Shown here: one piece after another, positions 41,583 through 50,870 of the stretch
Numbering within the stretch: the first letter of the stretch is position 1
Layout of the letters: every line of letters begins with the position of its first letter
Made by a program: the position numbers and the translations under genes
Notes under the pieces: generated by a model
Seen by the model: only the letters and a program-made list of their open reading frames with translations
What the model was told of the DNA's origin: nothing
Databases searched by the model: none
Source: Thermoanaerobaculia bacterium
GTDB taxonomy: Bacteria; Acidobacteriota; Thermoanaerobaculia; Multivoradales; Multivoraceae
Assembly: GCA_963666565.1 (NCBI GenBank)
Contig: OY762911.1
Location: 3,040,001-3,104,000, forward strand
Length of the DNA stretch: 64,000 nucleotides
Reading direction: 5' to 3'

Positions 41583-42770
41583 ATGACCGATCTGTCCGCG
41601 TTTCGAGAGGAGGCCCGCGCCTGGGTCGAGGCGAACTCGCCCGAGTTCCTGCGGGGCAAGGCGTCCGACCCGAACGCCTGGGCCGCCGGCGGCCGCAAGG
41701 CGCCCTTCATCTACCCGGAGAGCCGCGACTGGCTGCTGGCCGCGGCCGACCGGGGGTTCTCGGTGCCGACCTGGCCCGAGCGGTACGGCGGCGCCGGCCT
41801 GTCGCGCGACGAGGCGATCGTGCTGCACGAGGAGTTCGCCCGCCTGGCGCTGCCGATGCCGCTGACCGGCTTCGGCTACAGCATGATCGGACCGACGCTG
41901 CTCGACCATGGCACGGAGGCGCAGAGGACGGAGCACCTGCCGAAGATCGCCCGCGGCGAGATCCGCTGGTGCCAGGGCTACTCGGAACCGAACGCGGGCT
42001 CGGACCTGGCGTCGCTCGCCACGTCGGCGGTGCGCGACGGCGACTTCTACGTGATCAACGGCCAGAAGATCTGGACCTCCGGCGCCGACGAGGCGGACTG
42101 GATCTTCATGCTCGTGCGCACGGATCCGGACGTGAAGAAGCAGCGCGGCATCACCTTCATCCTGGTCGACATGGAGTCGCCGGGCGTCGAGGTGCGGCCG
42201 ATCCGGCTGATCAGCGGCGCCTCGCCGTTCTGCGAGACGTTCTTCCACAACGTGCGGGCGCCCGTCCACCAGGTCATTGGCGAGGTGAACTCCGGCTGGA
42301 CGGTGGCGAAGGCCCTGCTCGGCCACGAGCGGACGTCGATCGGCGGCATGGGCCGGGGCCGGCCGCGCGCCTCGCTGCCGGACCTGGCGCGCGACTACGT
42401 CGGCGTCGACGAGTCGGGCCGGATCCACGATCCCGCGCTCCGGGAGCGGGTGACCCAGTGCGAGATGGACGCGATGTCCTACGGGCTCACGATCCGGCGG
42501 CACGGCGACGGGCTGGAAGCCGGGCACAAGCCGGGGCCCGAGAGTTCGATGTTCAAGTACTACGGCACCGAGCTGAACATGCGCCGCGAAGAGCTGATGC
42601 TCTCGATCCGCGGGCCGCAGGCGCTCGGTTGGGAGGGCGAGGGCTTCGAGCCGGCCGAACTCGACCAGACCCGAACCTGGCTCCGCTCCCGTGCGAACAG
42701 CATCGAGGGCGGAACCTCGGAGATCCAGTTGAACATCATCGTCAAGCGCGTTCTGGGACTGCCGGACTGA
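41583..42770 (+). CDS. Acyl-CoA dehydrogenase (first subunit of a tandem pair)
   Basis: WCQGYSEPNAGSDLASL, NGQKIWTS, IEGGTSEIQLNI. Confidence 0.92.
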   Translation: MTDLSAFREEARAWVEANSPEFLRGKASDPNAWAAGGRKAPFIYPESRDWLLAAADRGFSVPTWPERYGGAGLSRDEAIVLHEEFARLALPMPLTGFGYSMIGPTLLDHGTEAQRTEHLPKIARGEIRWCQGYSEPNAGSDLASLATSAVRDGDFYVINGQKIWTSGADEADWIFMLVRTDPDVKKQRGITFILVDMESPGVEVRPIRLISGASPFCETFFHNVRAPVHQVIGEVNSGWTVAKALLGHERTSIGGMGRGRPRASLPDLARDYVGVDESGRIHDPALRERVTQCEMDAMSYGLTIRRHGDGLEAGHKPGPESSMFKYYGTELNMRREELMLSIRGPQALGWEGEGFEPAELDQTRTWLRSRANSIEGGTSEIQLNIIVKRVLGLPD

Positions 42771-43903
42771 TGGCCCCGCTCGTACTCACCGCACCCCAGA
42801 ACATGCTCGCCCGCACGGCGGCCGAGCTGATCGAGAAGCACGGCGGCGTGGACCGCCAGCGCAAGCTCCGCGACGAGGCCGGCGAACTCGGCTACAGCCC
42901 TGAGGTCTGGGCCGAGATGGCCGATCTCGGCTGGCTGGGCATTCCCTTCGCGGAGGAGCACGGCGGCCTCGGCATGGGCATGGCCGAGACGGTGCTCATC
43001 ACGGAGGCGATGGGCCGCGGCCTGGCGCCGGAGCCGTTCGTGTCGGCGGTCGTCTTCGGCGGCGGGCTGATCGCGGACGCGGGCAGTTCCGAGCAGGTCG
43101 CTGCGTGGCTGCCGCCGACGATCGAGGGCGAGAAGAAGCTCGCGCCCGCGCTGCTGGAGCCGGGCGGCCGGTATCGCGTGGCCCGCACGTCGACGGCGGC
43201 GGAGAGGAACGGCGGCGGCTGGTCGTTGTCCGGCGAGAAGACGCAGGTGGTCGGCGGCGTCGGCGCCGACGGCTACGTGATCCCGGCGCGGGCGGCCGGC
43301 GGCGACGGCCTGACGCTCTTCCTCGTGCCGGCCGGCGCGGGCGGCCTGGAGGTCGTGGCCCAGAGGCGCGTCGACTCGCGGAACTCGGCGATCCTGAGGT
43401 TGAACGGAGTCGAGGTGGCGGCGGATGCCGTCCTCGGCGAGGTCGACGGCGGGCTCGAACCGCTCGGCCGCGCGGTGGACCGGGCCACGGTTGCGGTCTG
43501 CGGCGAGATGCTCGGCGTGATGACGGAGGCCTTCGAGCGGACGATCGAGTACCTCAAGTCGCGCAGCCAGTTCGGCGTGCTGATCGGCACCTTCCAGGCG
43601 CTCAAGCACCGCGCGGCGAAGATGTTCATCGAGATCGAGCTGTCGCGTTCCACCGTCATGGCGGCGGCGCGCGCGCTCGACGACGGAAGCGACGACGCGG
43701 AACTCCAGGTCTCGAACGCCAAGGCGCGCTGCTCGGACGCCCTGATCCTCGTCACCAACGAGGCCCTGCAGATGCACGGCGGCATCGGCATGACCGACGA
43801 GCACGACGTCGGCCTGTTCATGAAACGCGCCCGGGCCCTCGAGTTCGCCTTCGGCGACGCGGCGTTCCACCGCGAACGGTTCGCGCGTTTGCGCGGCTTC
43901 TGA
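42770..43903 (+). CDS. Acyl-CoA dehydrogenase (second subunit, TGATG-coupled)
   Basis: LGWLGI, RSQFGVLIGTFQALKH, QMHGGIGMTDE. Confidence 0.92.
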   Translation: MAPLVLTAPQNMLARTAAELIEKHGGVDRQRKLRDEAGELGYSPEVWAEMADLGWLGIPFAEEHGGLGMGMAETVLITEAMGRGLAPEPFVSAVVFGGGLIADAGSSEQVAAWLPPTIEGEKKLAPALLEPGGRYRVARTSTAAERNGGGWSLSGEKTQVVGGVGADGYVIPARAAGGDGLTLFLVPAGAGGLEVVAQRRVDSRNSAILRLNGVEVAADAVLGEVDGGLEPLGRAVDRATVAVCGEMLGVMTEAFERTIEYLKSRSQFGVLIGTFQALKHRAAKMFIEIELSRSTVMAAARALDDGSDDAELQVSNAKARCSDALILVTNEALQMHGGIGMTDEHDVGLFMKRARALEFAFGDAAFHRERFARLRGF

Positions 43904-43904
43904 A

Positions 43905-46900
43905 CTACAACTCGAACCGCAGGCCGACGCTGAGAACCCGGCCCAGGGGGTTGTGGGTGGAGGGGTCGTAGTTCAACTGGCGGAAGACCCGGGGCGGATC
44001 CTTGTCGGCGAGGTTGAGGATGGACGCGAAAAGCGTCGCCCTGTCGCCGGGAATGTCCCAGGAGACGTGAAGGTCGTGAGTGGCGAAGGCGTCGATGGGG
44101 TAGTCGGCGCCCCACGGGGCGGGGGCGTCGTGGACGTAGGAATCGACGTGGTTCAGGTGCCAGCGGGCGGTGAAGGCGCCGGCGGAGTAGCCGGCGAAGA
44201 GGCGGCCCTTGAGTTCGGGCAGGGCGCGGGCGAGGGAGGTGTCGTAGTTCAGGCGGCCCTTCGCGTCGTAGGCGTCGCCCAGTTCCCAGCCGTCGATGTT
44301 CCAGGACAGGGCGTAGGTGCCCGAGGCGCCGAGGGTCAAGCGGCCGGGGCCGGCGTTGGCCTGGAGTTCGGCGCGGAAGTCGATGCCGTCGGTTGCGATG
44401 TCCGGTCCGTTCACGATCCGCACCCGGACGGTGTCGAGGTTCACGATGGTGGGCACGGCGCCGCTGATGGTCAGCGAGTCGAACCAGGGCGAGCCGGTGT
44501 CGCAGATCGGGTGCGTGGCGGCCGGGCAGGCCTCGCCGAGGATGAAGTTGAAGGGCTGGATGACGAGAGGGTCCGTGAAGTCGTAGCGCCAGTAGTCGGC
44601 GGTGGCGAAGAAGCGGCCGCTGCGGCCGGCGAGGCCGGTCTTCTCGAACACGAGGCCGGCGTTCAGCGTCGTTGCCGATTCCGGGTCGAGGGTGGGGTCG
44701 CCGAAGATGTGGATCGGCTTGAAGGTGCCGATGCTGCCGATGAACTGGCGCGAGGTGTCGGCGATGCCCGGGATGGTCTGGTTGAGCGTCGGACCGCGGA
44801 AGGTCGTGCCGAACGAACCGCGCAGCGCCAGGGCGTCCGTCGCCTGCCAGCGCAGGGCGACCTTGGGATCGAGGCTCGAACCGACGCCGCGGCCGTAGTC
44901 CTCGAAGCGTAGCGAGACCTGGCTCTCGACGGAGGGCGCGAGCGGCAGCGACAGTTCGCCGAAGACGGAGCCGATGCCGCGGTCGTCCGACACGGGGAAG
45001 GCCGGCGGCAGGTAGCTGAAGACGCCGTCGGCGCGGTCGCAGGAGACGATGTCGGGGCCGCCCGCGCAGGGGTAGATCGCGATGTCGTGCAGGGCGCCGC
45101 CGCGCGGCGTGGCCGCGCCCAGGGTGTAGGGGCTCAGGTCGTAGGTCTCGCTTCGCCACTGGGCGCCGGCCGCGTACTCCGCCGCGCCTCCCGGCAGATC
45201 CCAGTCGAGGAGGCCGCTCGCCACCGCCTCGAGGACGAGCAGGGAGGTCTCGCCCCGGTAGCCGAGGATGGTCGTCAGGTAGTCGTGAATCGGGGCGTTG
45301 TCGAAGGCCGGGTCGTAGTCCGGGTTCGTCGCGTTCGGCACCAGATGGTGGGGCCTGATCGCGTTGGAGAACGGGTGCCAGTACAGGCAGTCGCCCCGGC
45401 CCGCGTGCCGGCGCAGGGTGTCGAGGGAGAAGCTGAGGGCGCCGTTCGCGTCGTACTCGTTCGGCACCCGTTCCTCGCAGCCGAAGCCGGCCAGGCCGAG
45501 CAGCGCCCGGCGCTCGCGGTAGTGCAGCGAGTCGCCGTCCTCGAACTCGCGCTCGGCCTCCGACCAGGCGCCGCGGAAGGCCCACAGCGTCTCGCCGGTG
45601 ACGCCCTCGAAGTCGAAGGCGAAGCGGCGGGTCTCGGACTGGCGAAGATGCCCGCGCGTCGGACCCTCCTGCCCGAAGGTGCGGCCCCGGATCCACGCCA
45701 CCTCCTGCCAGGCCGGGTCGATGCCGGCCGCGTCCTGGGCGCCGCCGTCTCCCGTCCAGCGGCAGTACGCGGCGTCGCAGAATGCGTAGGGGCCGTAGAG
45801 ATCGGGGTAGCGCCGGGCCATGTCGATCAGGCTCGGGTGGTTGGCGCGCACCGAGCGGCCGGGGTCGAGGGTCCGGTGCGGGTAGGACGGGGAGGTCTGC
45901 CACGAGGGCACGTCGCTCTCGGCCACCAGCACCTCGGCGCCGATGTGCCAGCCGCCCTCGGTGTCCCAGGAGGCCTCGGTGAACCACTGGCCGCGCCGAG
46001 TGTCCTGGACCAGGTTGTCGAAGGCCGTGTACTGGAAGCGGCAGATGGCGCTGGTCGGGCTGCTGACCGCGCCGCCGACGCGCTCGCAGTTCGGGTCGCG
46101 GATGGCGGGAGCGCCGGAGAGGGGGTTGAACACGCCCGGCCGGCCCGTTCCCGTCCAGCCGCCGCGCGGGTTGTCGGCGTAGGGCCGGATCGCCCAGTCG
46201 CGGTCGGCGAGCAGGACGGGGCTCCGCCGGGACAGGCCGAGCGAGGTCACGGCGTGGCCGCGGCCGCCGCCGAACGGCGTGCCGCCGACGATCCCGATCT
46301 CGCCGTCGCCGTTCGACGCGTCGATCATGCTGTGCTTGCCCTCGAACGCGAGGCCGCCGAAGTGGCTGCGGGTGATGACGTTCATCACGCCGGCGATGGC
46401 GTCCGAGCCGTAGGTCGCGGCGCCGCCGTCCCGCAGGAACTCGACCTTCTCGACGGCGACCATGGGCAGGACGTTCGTGTCGACCAGGAGCTGCGCCTGA
46501 TCGGGGATCGCGCCGGGCGACCAGGTGATCCGGTCGCCGTTCAGCAGCACCAGGGACCGGCTCGGTCCGAGGCCGCGCAGGTTGAGCGTGGAGCGGTCGG
46601 CGCCGGTGCGGGAACCGAACTGGTCCGACTCGAGATCGGCGCCGAGGCTGAACGAGAGGTTGCGGACGACGCCGAGCATCGACGGCGAGCCTTCCGCCTC
46701 CAGGTCGTCGCGGGAGAGAACGGAGACGGGCTGCGCGGCGTCCTCGGGGCTGCCCGGGATCCAGGAGCCGGTGACGGTGACGGAGTGGCTGAAGGTCTCG
46801 ACGTCGTGGGAATGCTCGTGACCGTGGCCGTCTTCTTCCGCTGCGTCGTGTTCGTCCGCGTGCTCGTGGCCGCTCTCTTCCGTGCCGGCTTGAGCGTGCT

Positions 46901-47141
46901 CGTCCCCGTGGTCGTGGCCGGCGTCCTCCGGACCGGCGTGTTCGTGTCCGTGCTCCTGCTCGTCCGGGTGGTCGCCGTCGGTCTCCTCCGCGTGTTGGCG
47001 CTCCCGTTCGTGCTCGTCCTCGGTTTCCTGTGCCGCCGCGCCGGCCGTCCAGAGAAGCGCGAGAAGCGCGAGCGGAAGCGCGGGCAACGCCACGCGCGCG
47101 GGCCTGGGCGTGGACTCCGTGAAGAAGAGGGTACGGGCCAT
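43905..47141 (-). CDS. TonB-dependent receptor with His/acidic-rich N-terminal extension
   Basis: Signal peptide; VTVTGS TonB box; NLRGLGPSRSLVLLNG and LRDGGAATYGSDAIAGVMN plug motifs; C-terminal NPLGRVLSVGLRFEL. Confidence 0.92.
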   Translation of the reverse strand: MARTLFFTESTPRPARVALPALPLALLALLWTAGAAAQETEDEHERERQHAEETDGDHPDEQEHGHEHAGPEDAGHDHGDEHAQAGTEESGHEHADEHDAAEEDGHGHEHSHDVETFSHSVTVTGSWIPGSPEDAAQPVSVLSRDDLEAEGSPSMLGVVRNLSFSLGADLESDQFGSRTGADRSTLNLRGLGPSRSLVLLNGDRITWSPGAIPDQAQLLVDTNVLPMVAVEKVEFLRDGGAATYGSDAIAGVMNVITRSHFGGLAFEGKHSMIDASNGDGEIGIVGGTPFGGGRGHAVTSLGLSRRSPVLLADRDWAIRPYADNPRGGWTGTGRPGVFNPLSGAPAIRDPNCERVGGAVSSPTSAICRFQYTAFDNLVQDTRRGQWFTEASWDTEGGWHIGAEVLVAESDVPSWQTSPSYPHRTLDPGRSVRANHPSLIDMARRYPDLYGPYAFCDAAYCRWTGDGGAQDAAGIDPAWQEVAWIRGRTFGQEGPTRGHLRQSETRRFAFDFEGVTGETLWAFRGAWSEAEREFEDGDSLHYRERRALLGLAGFGCEERVPNEYDANGALSFSLDTLRRHAGRGDCLYWHPFSNAIRPHHLVPNATNPDYDPAFDNAPIHDYLTTILGYRGETSLLVLEAVASGLLDWDLPGGAAEYAAGAQWRSETYDLSPYTLGAATPRGGALHDIAIYPCAGGPDIVSCDRADGVFSYLPPAFPVSDDRGIGSVFGELSLPLAPSVESQVSLRFEDYGRGVGSSLDPKVALRWQATDALALRGSFGTTFRGPTLNQTIPGIADTSRQFIGSIGTFKPIHIFGDPTLDPESATTLNAGLVFEKTGLAGRSGRFFATADYWRYDFTDPLVIQPFNFILGEACPAATHPICDTGSPWFDSLTISGAVPTIVNLDTVRVRIVNGPDIATDGIDFRAELQANAGPGRLTLGASGTYALSWNIDGWELGDAYDAKGRLNYDTSLARALPELKGRLFAGYSAGAFTARWHLNHVDSYVHDAPAPWGADYPIDAFATHDLHVSWDIPGDRATLFASILNLADKDPPRVFRQLNYDPSTHNPLGRVLSVGLRFEL

Positions 47142-47194
47142 GCCGGCGGCCTCCGTTCGGTCGTGTCGAGGAATGGCTGCGCCGGCCGTGCCGG

Positions 47195-47704
47195 TCAGCT
47201 AACGACGCGGTTCGGGTTCATGCCCGAGCAACCGTCGTGCCTGGCCGCCGTGGAGCAGCGGCCGGTGTAGCAGGAGTTGCCGGCGAAGCCCTGGGGACGC
47301 ACGCTCTCGATCCAGCGTTCGACGTTCGCCTGGACCTCGGCCGCGGTCTGGCCGTGCTCCGTGATGAGGACCTTCGAGAGGCCCCACCATGCCCGCCCCA
47401 GGTTGCACTGGCAGCAGCAGGTGTAGGCCGAGCGGTCGCTGCAGCAGGGCGCCGGGATGGGGGTGAGCGCGGCGCGCTTGACCTCCTCCTGCTCGGCCGT
47501 CAGTTCGATCTCGGCGTCGTACGCGATGAGCCGCTCCATCGGCAGCGCCAGCAGGGCGGCGACCGGGTCGTCGCCGGGCGCGGCGGCGGCCGCGCCCGCC
47601 GACGCCGGCGGCGGAGCGCCGCCGCAACTCCAGACCGTCAACGCGACCGGGAGTATCGCGGCGGCGGCGACGAGGCGGCGAAAGCGATCAGCGCGGCGAA
47701 CCAT
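47195..47704 (-). CDS. Cys-rich putative lipoprotein
   Basis: Signal peptide with VWSC lipobox; PCC-x7-CCCQC...C-x4-C-x8-C; TAAGAT -10 box 8 nt before ATG 47704. Confidence 0.7.
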   Translation of the reverse strand: MVRRADRFRRLVAAAAILPVALTVWSCGGAPPPASAGAAAAAPGDDPVAALLALPMERLIAYDAEIELTAEQEEVKRAALTPIPAPCCSDRSAYTCCCQCNLGRAWWGLSKVLITEHGQTAAEVQANVERWIESVRPQGFAGNSCYTGRCSTAARHDGCSGMNPNRVVS

Positions 47705-47771
47705 GGCGTGCGATCTTACATCCGTCGGGGTCGGCAATGCACAACCGAGGAGCGTGGACCTCCTCCGTTTC

Positions 47772-48182
47772 TCATGGTGTCTCCACCACGGTGCACTCCA
47801 GCGCGGACACGCGCAGGTAGTCCCGGTCGGAGGTCAGGAGATGGCCGTGACACTCCAGCGTGCAGGCGGCGATCCAGACGTCGTTCAACGGGATTGGCGT
47901 GCCGGCCGCCCGCAGGGAGGCGAAGACGCGGGCGTAGTGGCGAACCGTCGCTCGGGTCACGTCGAGGACGCTCACGAACGGCTCCGTCAGGAACTCGTCG
48001 AGTACGCGCCGGTTCTCGGCTGCGCGGCTACCGCGTTCGAAGGCCGCTTCCAGTTCGCCGAGAACGATCACGGGCACGAGAACCTGCACGGCGGCGGTGA
48101 GGCTCGCGAGTACCTGCGGGTGTCGACTGCGAAAGTGCGAGTAGGCGCTGGTGTCGAGGACCAGCCGATCGATCGCGTTCAT
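47772..48182 (-). CDS. vapC: PIN-domain toxin
   Basis: LVLDTSAYS, VLGELEA, GTPIPLNDVWIAA, LLTSDRDY; ATGA overlap with the antitoxin stop. Confidence 0.92.
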   Translation of the reverse strand: MNAIDRLVLDTSAYSHFRSRHPQVLASLTAAVQVLVPVIVLGELEAAFERGSRAAENRRVLDEFLTEPFVSVLDVTRATVRHYARVFASLRAAGTPIPLNDVWIAACTLECHGHLLTSDRDYLRVSALECTVVETP

Positions 48183-48424
48183 TCCCAGTACTGCCTGTCG
48201 AGCACCCGCTGTTCGGCCAGCGCGGCATCGAATTCGATCGCGTCTTCTTCGGTCCATGTGGCGTAGCGGAGGAGGCGAGCGCGACGGGCGTCCGGTCCGA
48301 CAGCCTGGCGAAGCACGTGCAGCACGGTGGCGTTCAGGCTCTCGCCTCGCTCGGCGCTGATGGTGCGCAGCCGCCGGGCGAGATCCGCTTCCACGTTGCG
48401 TATGGTCAATTGGGATGACGGCAT
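48179..48424 (-). CDS. RHH antitoxin (FitA/VapB-like)
   Basis: QLTIRNVEADLARRLR..A...GESLN..VL; acidic C-terminus. Confidence 0.85.
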   Translation of the reverse strand: MPSSQLTIRNVEADLARRLRTISAERGESLNATVLHVLRQAVGPDARRARLLRYATWTEEDAIEFDAALAEQRVLDRQYWE

Positions 48425-48462
48425 GACAGCGCGACTATGCATGCGCGATGTCACCGTGTCAA
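48424..48462 (-). promoter_or_regulatory. Sigma70 promoter and palindromic operator of TA pair 1
   Basis: On the - strand, TTGACA-17 nt-CATAGT lies 9 nt before the ATG. Inverted repeat TGACAGCGCG-N10-CGCGATGTCA (48424-48453) flanks the -10 box. Confidence 0.8.
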
Positions 48463-48485
48463 CCTGCCGGTGACGCTCCTCGCGG

Positions 48486-49796
48486 TCACGGCTGCGGCGT
48501 AGACGATCGGCCGCAGTCGCCCGCCGAGCCCCGATACCCCCGATAGCCGGCCCAGAAGTACGGATGGGAGGCGTCGAACTCCACAGGTTCGCGACCCTCG
48601 CCCTGATGGAACACGAGGGGATCGGCGAGCAGCCTGAGCTGGGCCACTCGGAGTGCGTCGGCGGGCGCCTTGTCGTCGCCGGCCAGGTTCCGGTAGAAGG
48701 CGTCGAACAGGTGGGTGGCGGATTCGTCGAGCACCGGCCAGAGCGACGCGACGACGGAAGTCGCGCCGGCGGCGCCAAAGGCCTCGACGAACGGCCCGGG
48801 TCCGATGCCGTGGCCGCCGGTGTCGAGGCCGGAGAGGACGACCAGGGAATCGGCTTCGAGGGCCAGTCTCGACGCGAGTTGGCCGGTCGAGACGGGAACG
48901 GGCTGCTCGTCATACCGCTCGGGGGAGAGCAGCACGGCGGAAGCGCCGGAGTCGCCGGGCTCGACAAGCGCTTCCACCGCGACGTGCAGGAACCGGACTG
49001 CGTAGCTCTCGGTCGATTCCCACAACAGCGCTGGCGAGGCGGCCTGACCGAAGCGGGACAGCACCGGCAGGCCCAGGGCAGCGACGGTGCTCGCCTGATT
49101 CCGCCGGGCGGCGTGACGGCGCCAGGAGATGCCGCCGTCGCTCATCGAGGCGCCGAGCGGCCGCGCCGGCGGACGGTACACGGCGTCGGCCACCGCCAGA
49201 GCGATCTGCGTCTCGCCAGCGGGTCGGTCGGCGGCAGCGCCGGCGCTCAATGCCGGGTTCACCCAGCACAGCGTGCGCGTCTCGATCAGGTAGCGGCCCC
49301 GAGGATCGAGCGACCGCGGCGCCCGGGTCGCGCCGAAGGGAAGGTCGGCGAGCGGCCCGTTGGCGGACAGGACCAGACGCGAGGCGTCTCGGAGACGCTC
49401 GGAGACCGGGCCGAGCAGGATCTCGCCCAGTTCGTCCCCGAGACGAACGATCCGACCGAGAGAAGCCGGCGGCCTGAGCAGCGCGAGTTCGCGGATCTCG
49501 GCGACGAGCGGCTGGAGACTCTCGGCGGTCGCGTGCAGCGTCAACGTGGCCGGCGGGTCATTGTCCGGGCCCGCAATGACGGTCAGGCGGACGGGACGCC
49601 CGGGAGAGGCGTCGTAGACGAGCGTCGCGACGCCGTCGACGGTTGGCCGGAGGTGGTCGGGGAGGGAAGCGGGGTCGGGTCCGGCCTGCGCCCACGCGGA
49701 CGAACCGGCGAGGATCGGCAGGCTGAGTGCCGCGGCAGCGACCCAGGCGGCAGCCGACCGCGGGTTTCCTGCGTTCCTCATCGTCGATCCCCTCAT
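48486..49796 (-). CDS. Secreted CHAT-domain protein, catalytic residues substituted
   Basis: Signal peptide; GPLADLPF, GRYLIE, AGATSVVASLWPV, ALRVAQLRL, HPYFWAGY. Confidence 0.82.
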   Translation of the reverse strand: MRGSTMRNAGNPRSAAAWVAAAALSLPILAGSSAWAQAGPDPASLPDHLRPTVDGVATLVYDASPGRPVRLTVIAGPDNDPPATLTLHATAESLQPLVAEIRELALLRPPASLGRIVRLGDELGEILLGPVSERLRDASRLVLSANGPLADLPFGATRAPRSLDPRGRYLIETRTLCWVNPALSAGAAADRPAGETQIALAVADAVYRPPARPLGASMSDGGISWRRHAARRNQASTVAALGLPVLSRFGQAASPALLWESTESYAVRFLHVAVEALVEPGDSGASAVLLSPERYDEQPVPVSTGQLASRLALEADSLVVLSGLDTGGHGIGPGPFVEAFGAAGATSVVASLWPVLDESATHLFDAFYRNLAGDDKAPADALRVAQLRLLADPLVFHQGEGREPVEFDASHPYFWAGYRGYRGSAGDCGRSSTPQP

Positions 49797-49859
49797 GAGC
49801 GCCGGAGAGTCCGCGTTGTATCAGAGTCGGCCGGCCGACGCGGATACGATCCCGGCGCG

Positions 49860-50609
49860 ATGTCCGACGTGCGGCTCGACTCCGACGGCGAGGTGGCGCG
49901 GATCACGCTGACCCGGAGCGCCAGGGCGAACGCGCTCGATTCGGCGACGACGAAGGCGCTGCGCGAGGCGGTCATGGAGTCGGCGGAGGCGAACCCGCGG
50001 GTCGTCGTCCTCGCCGGCGAACGTGTCTTCTGCGGCGGCGCCGACCTTCGCGAGATGGAGGATCTCGATTCGGTCGCGGCGGAGCGCTTCATCCGCGGGC
50101 TGCACCGGGCGTTTCTGGCGATCCGCCAGCACGCGGCGCCGGTCGTCGCCGAGGTTCGCGGAGCGGCGCTCGGCGCGGGCCTGGAGCTCCTCGTCTCGTG
50201 CGACCTGTCGGTTGCCGCCGACGACGCGATCTTCGGGATGCCGGAACCCCACGTCGGCCTGCCTTCAGTGATCGAGGCGGCGCTGCTGCCTCACGTGGTG
50301 GGCCTCGTTCGCGCCCGCGAACTGCTGTTCCTGGGCGATCCGATCGGGGCCGCCGAGGCGGCGAGCATCGGCCTGGTCGGCGAGGTCGTCCCGGCGGCCG
50401 ACCTGGAGGCGGCCGTGAACGCGAAGGTCGAGCGGCTGCTGCGACTGAGCCCCGAGGCCCTGTCGCTGCAGAAGCGCCTGATCGGCCGCTGGCTCAACCT
50501 GCCCCTGGAGAAGGCCGTGGAGGCCGGCGTGTCGGCGTTTCGGGCCGCCTATGGGACCGATGAGCCGAAGCGGGCGATGCGGGAGTTCTGGCGACGTCGC
50601 CGCGGCTGA
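49860..50609 (+). CDS. Enoyl-CoA hydratase/isomerase
   Basis: NALD, FCGGADLREM, GAALGAGLEL, FGMPE. Confidence 0.9.
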   Translation: MSDVRLDSDGEVARITLTRSARANALDSATTKALREAVMESAEANPRVVVLAGERVFCGGADLREMEDLDSVAAERFIRGLHRAFLAIRQHAAPVVAEVRGAALGAGLELLVSCDLSVAADDAIFGMPEPHVGLPSVIEAALLPHVVGLVRARELLFLGDPIGAAEAASIGLVGEVVPAADLEAAVNAKVERLLRLSPEALSLQKRLIGRWLNLPLEKAVEAGVSAFRAAYGTDEPKRAMREFWRRRRG

Positions 50610-50621
50610 GAGTCCGCGCCA

Positions 50622-50762
50622 CTGGGTGCGCGGGTCTTCCGACCCGCTCCCGGCCGCCGTCGCGGAGCGGCGGAGGCCGGAAACAAGGCCGCCGGCCAGA
50701 GGCCGGCGACGACATTGGATGCCGCCTTCGGCGGGAGCGGGTCGGAAGACCCGCGCACCCAG
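50622..50762. repeat. Inverted REP doublet, copies 6 and 7
   Basis: Forward copy at 50622-50647; reverse-complement copy at 50737-50762, preceded by GCCGCCTTCGGCGG. Confidence 0.9.
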
Positions 50763-50858
50763 CGGCCCGCGCACCCAGCGGCCCGCGCACCCAGCGGCCC
50801 GCGCACCCAGCGGCCCGCGCACCCAGCGGCCCGCGCACCCAGTGGCCCGTGGACCCAG
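50763..50858. repeat. 16-nt tandem repeat (5 perfect + 1 degenerate) derived from the REP end
   Basis: (CGGCCCGCGCACCCAG)x5 followed by TGGCCCGTGGACCCAG. Confidence 0.92.
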
Positions 50859-50870
50859 CGGACTCGGCGG

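Noticed and set aside
50763-50858. Possible CRISPR array
   Set aside because: 16-nt head-to-tail units with no unique spacers, and no cas genes.
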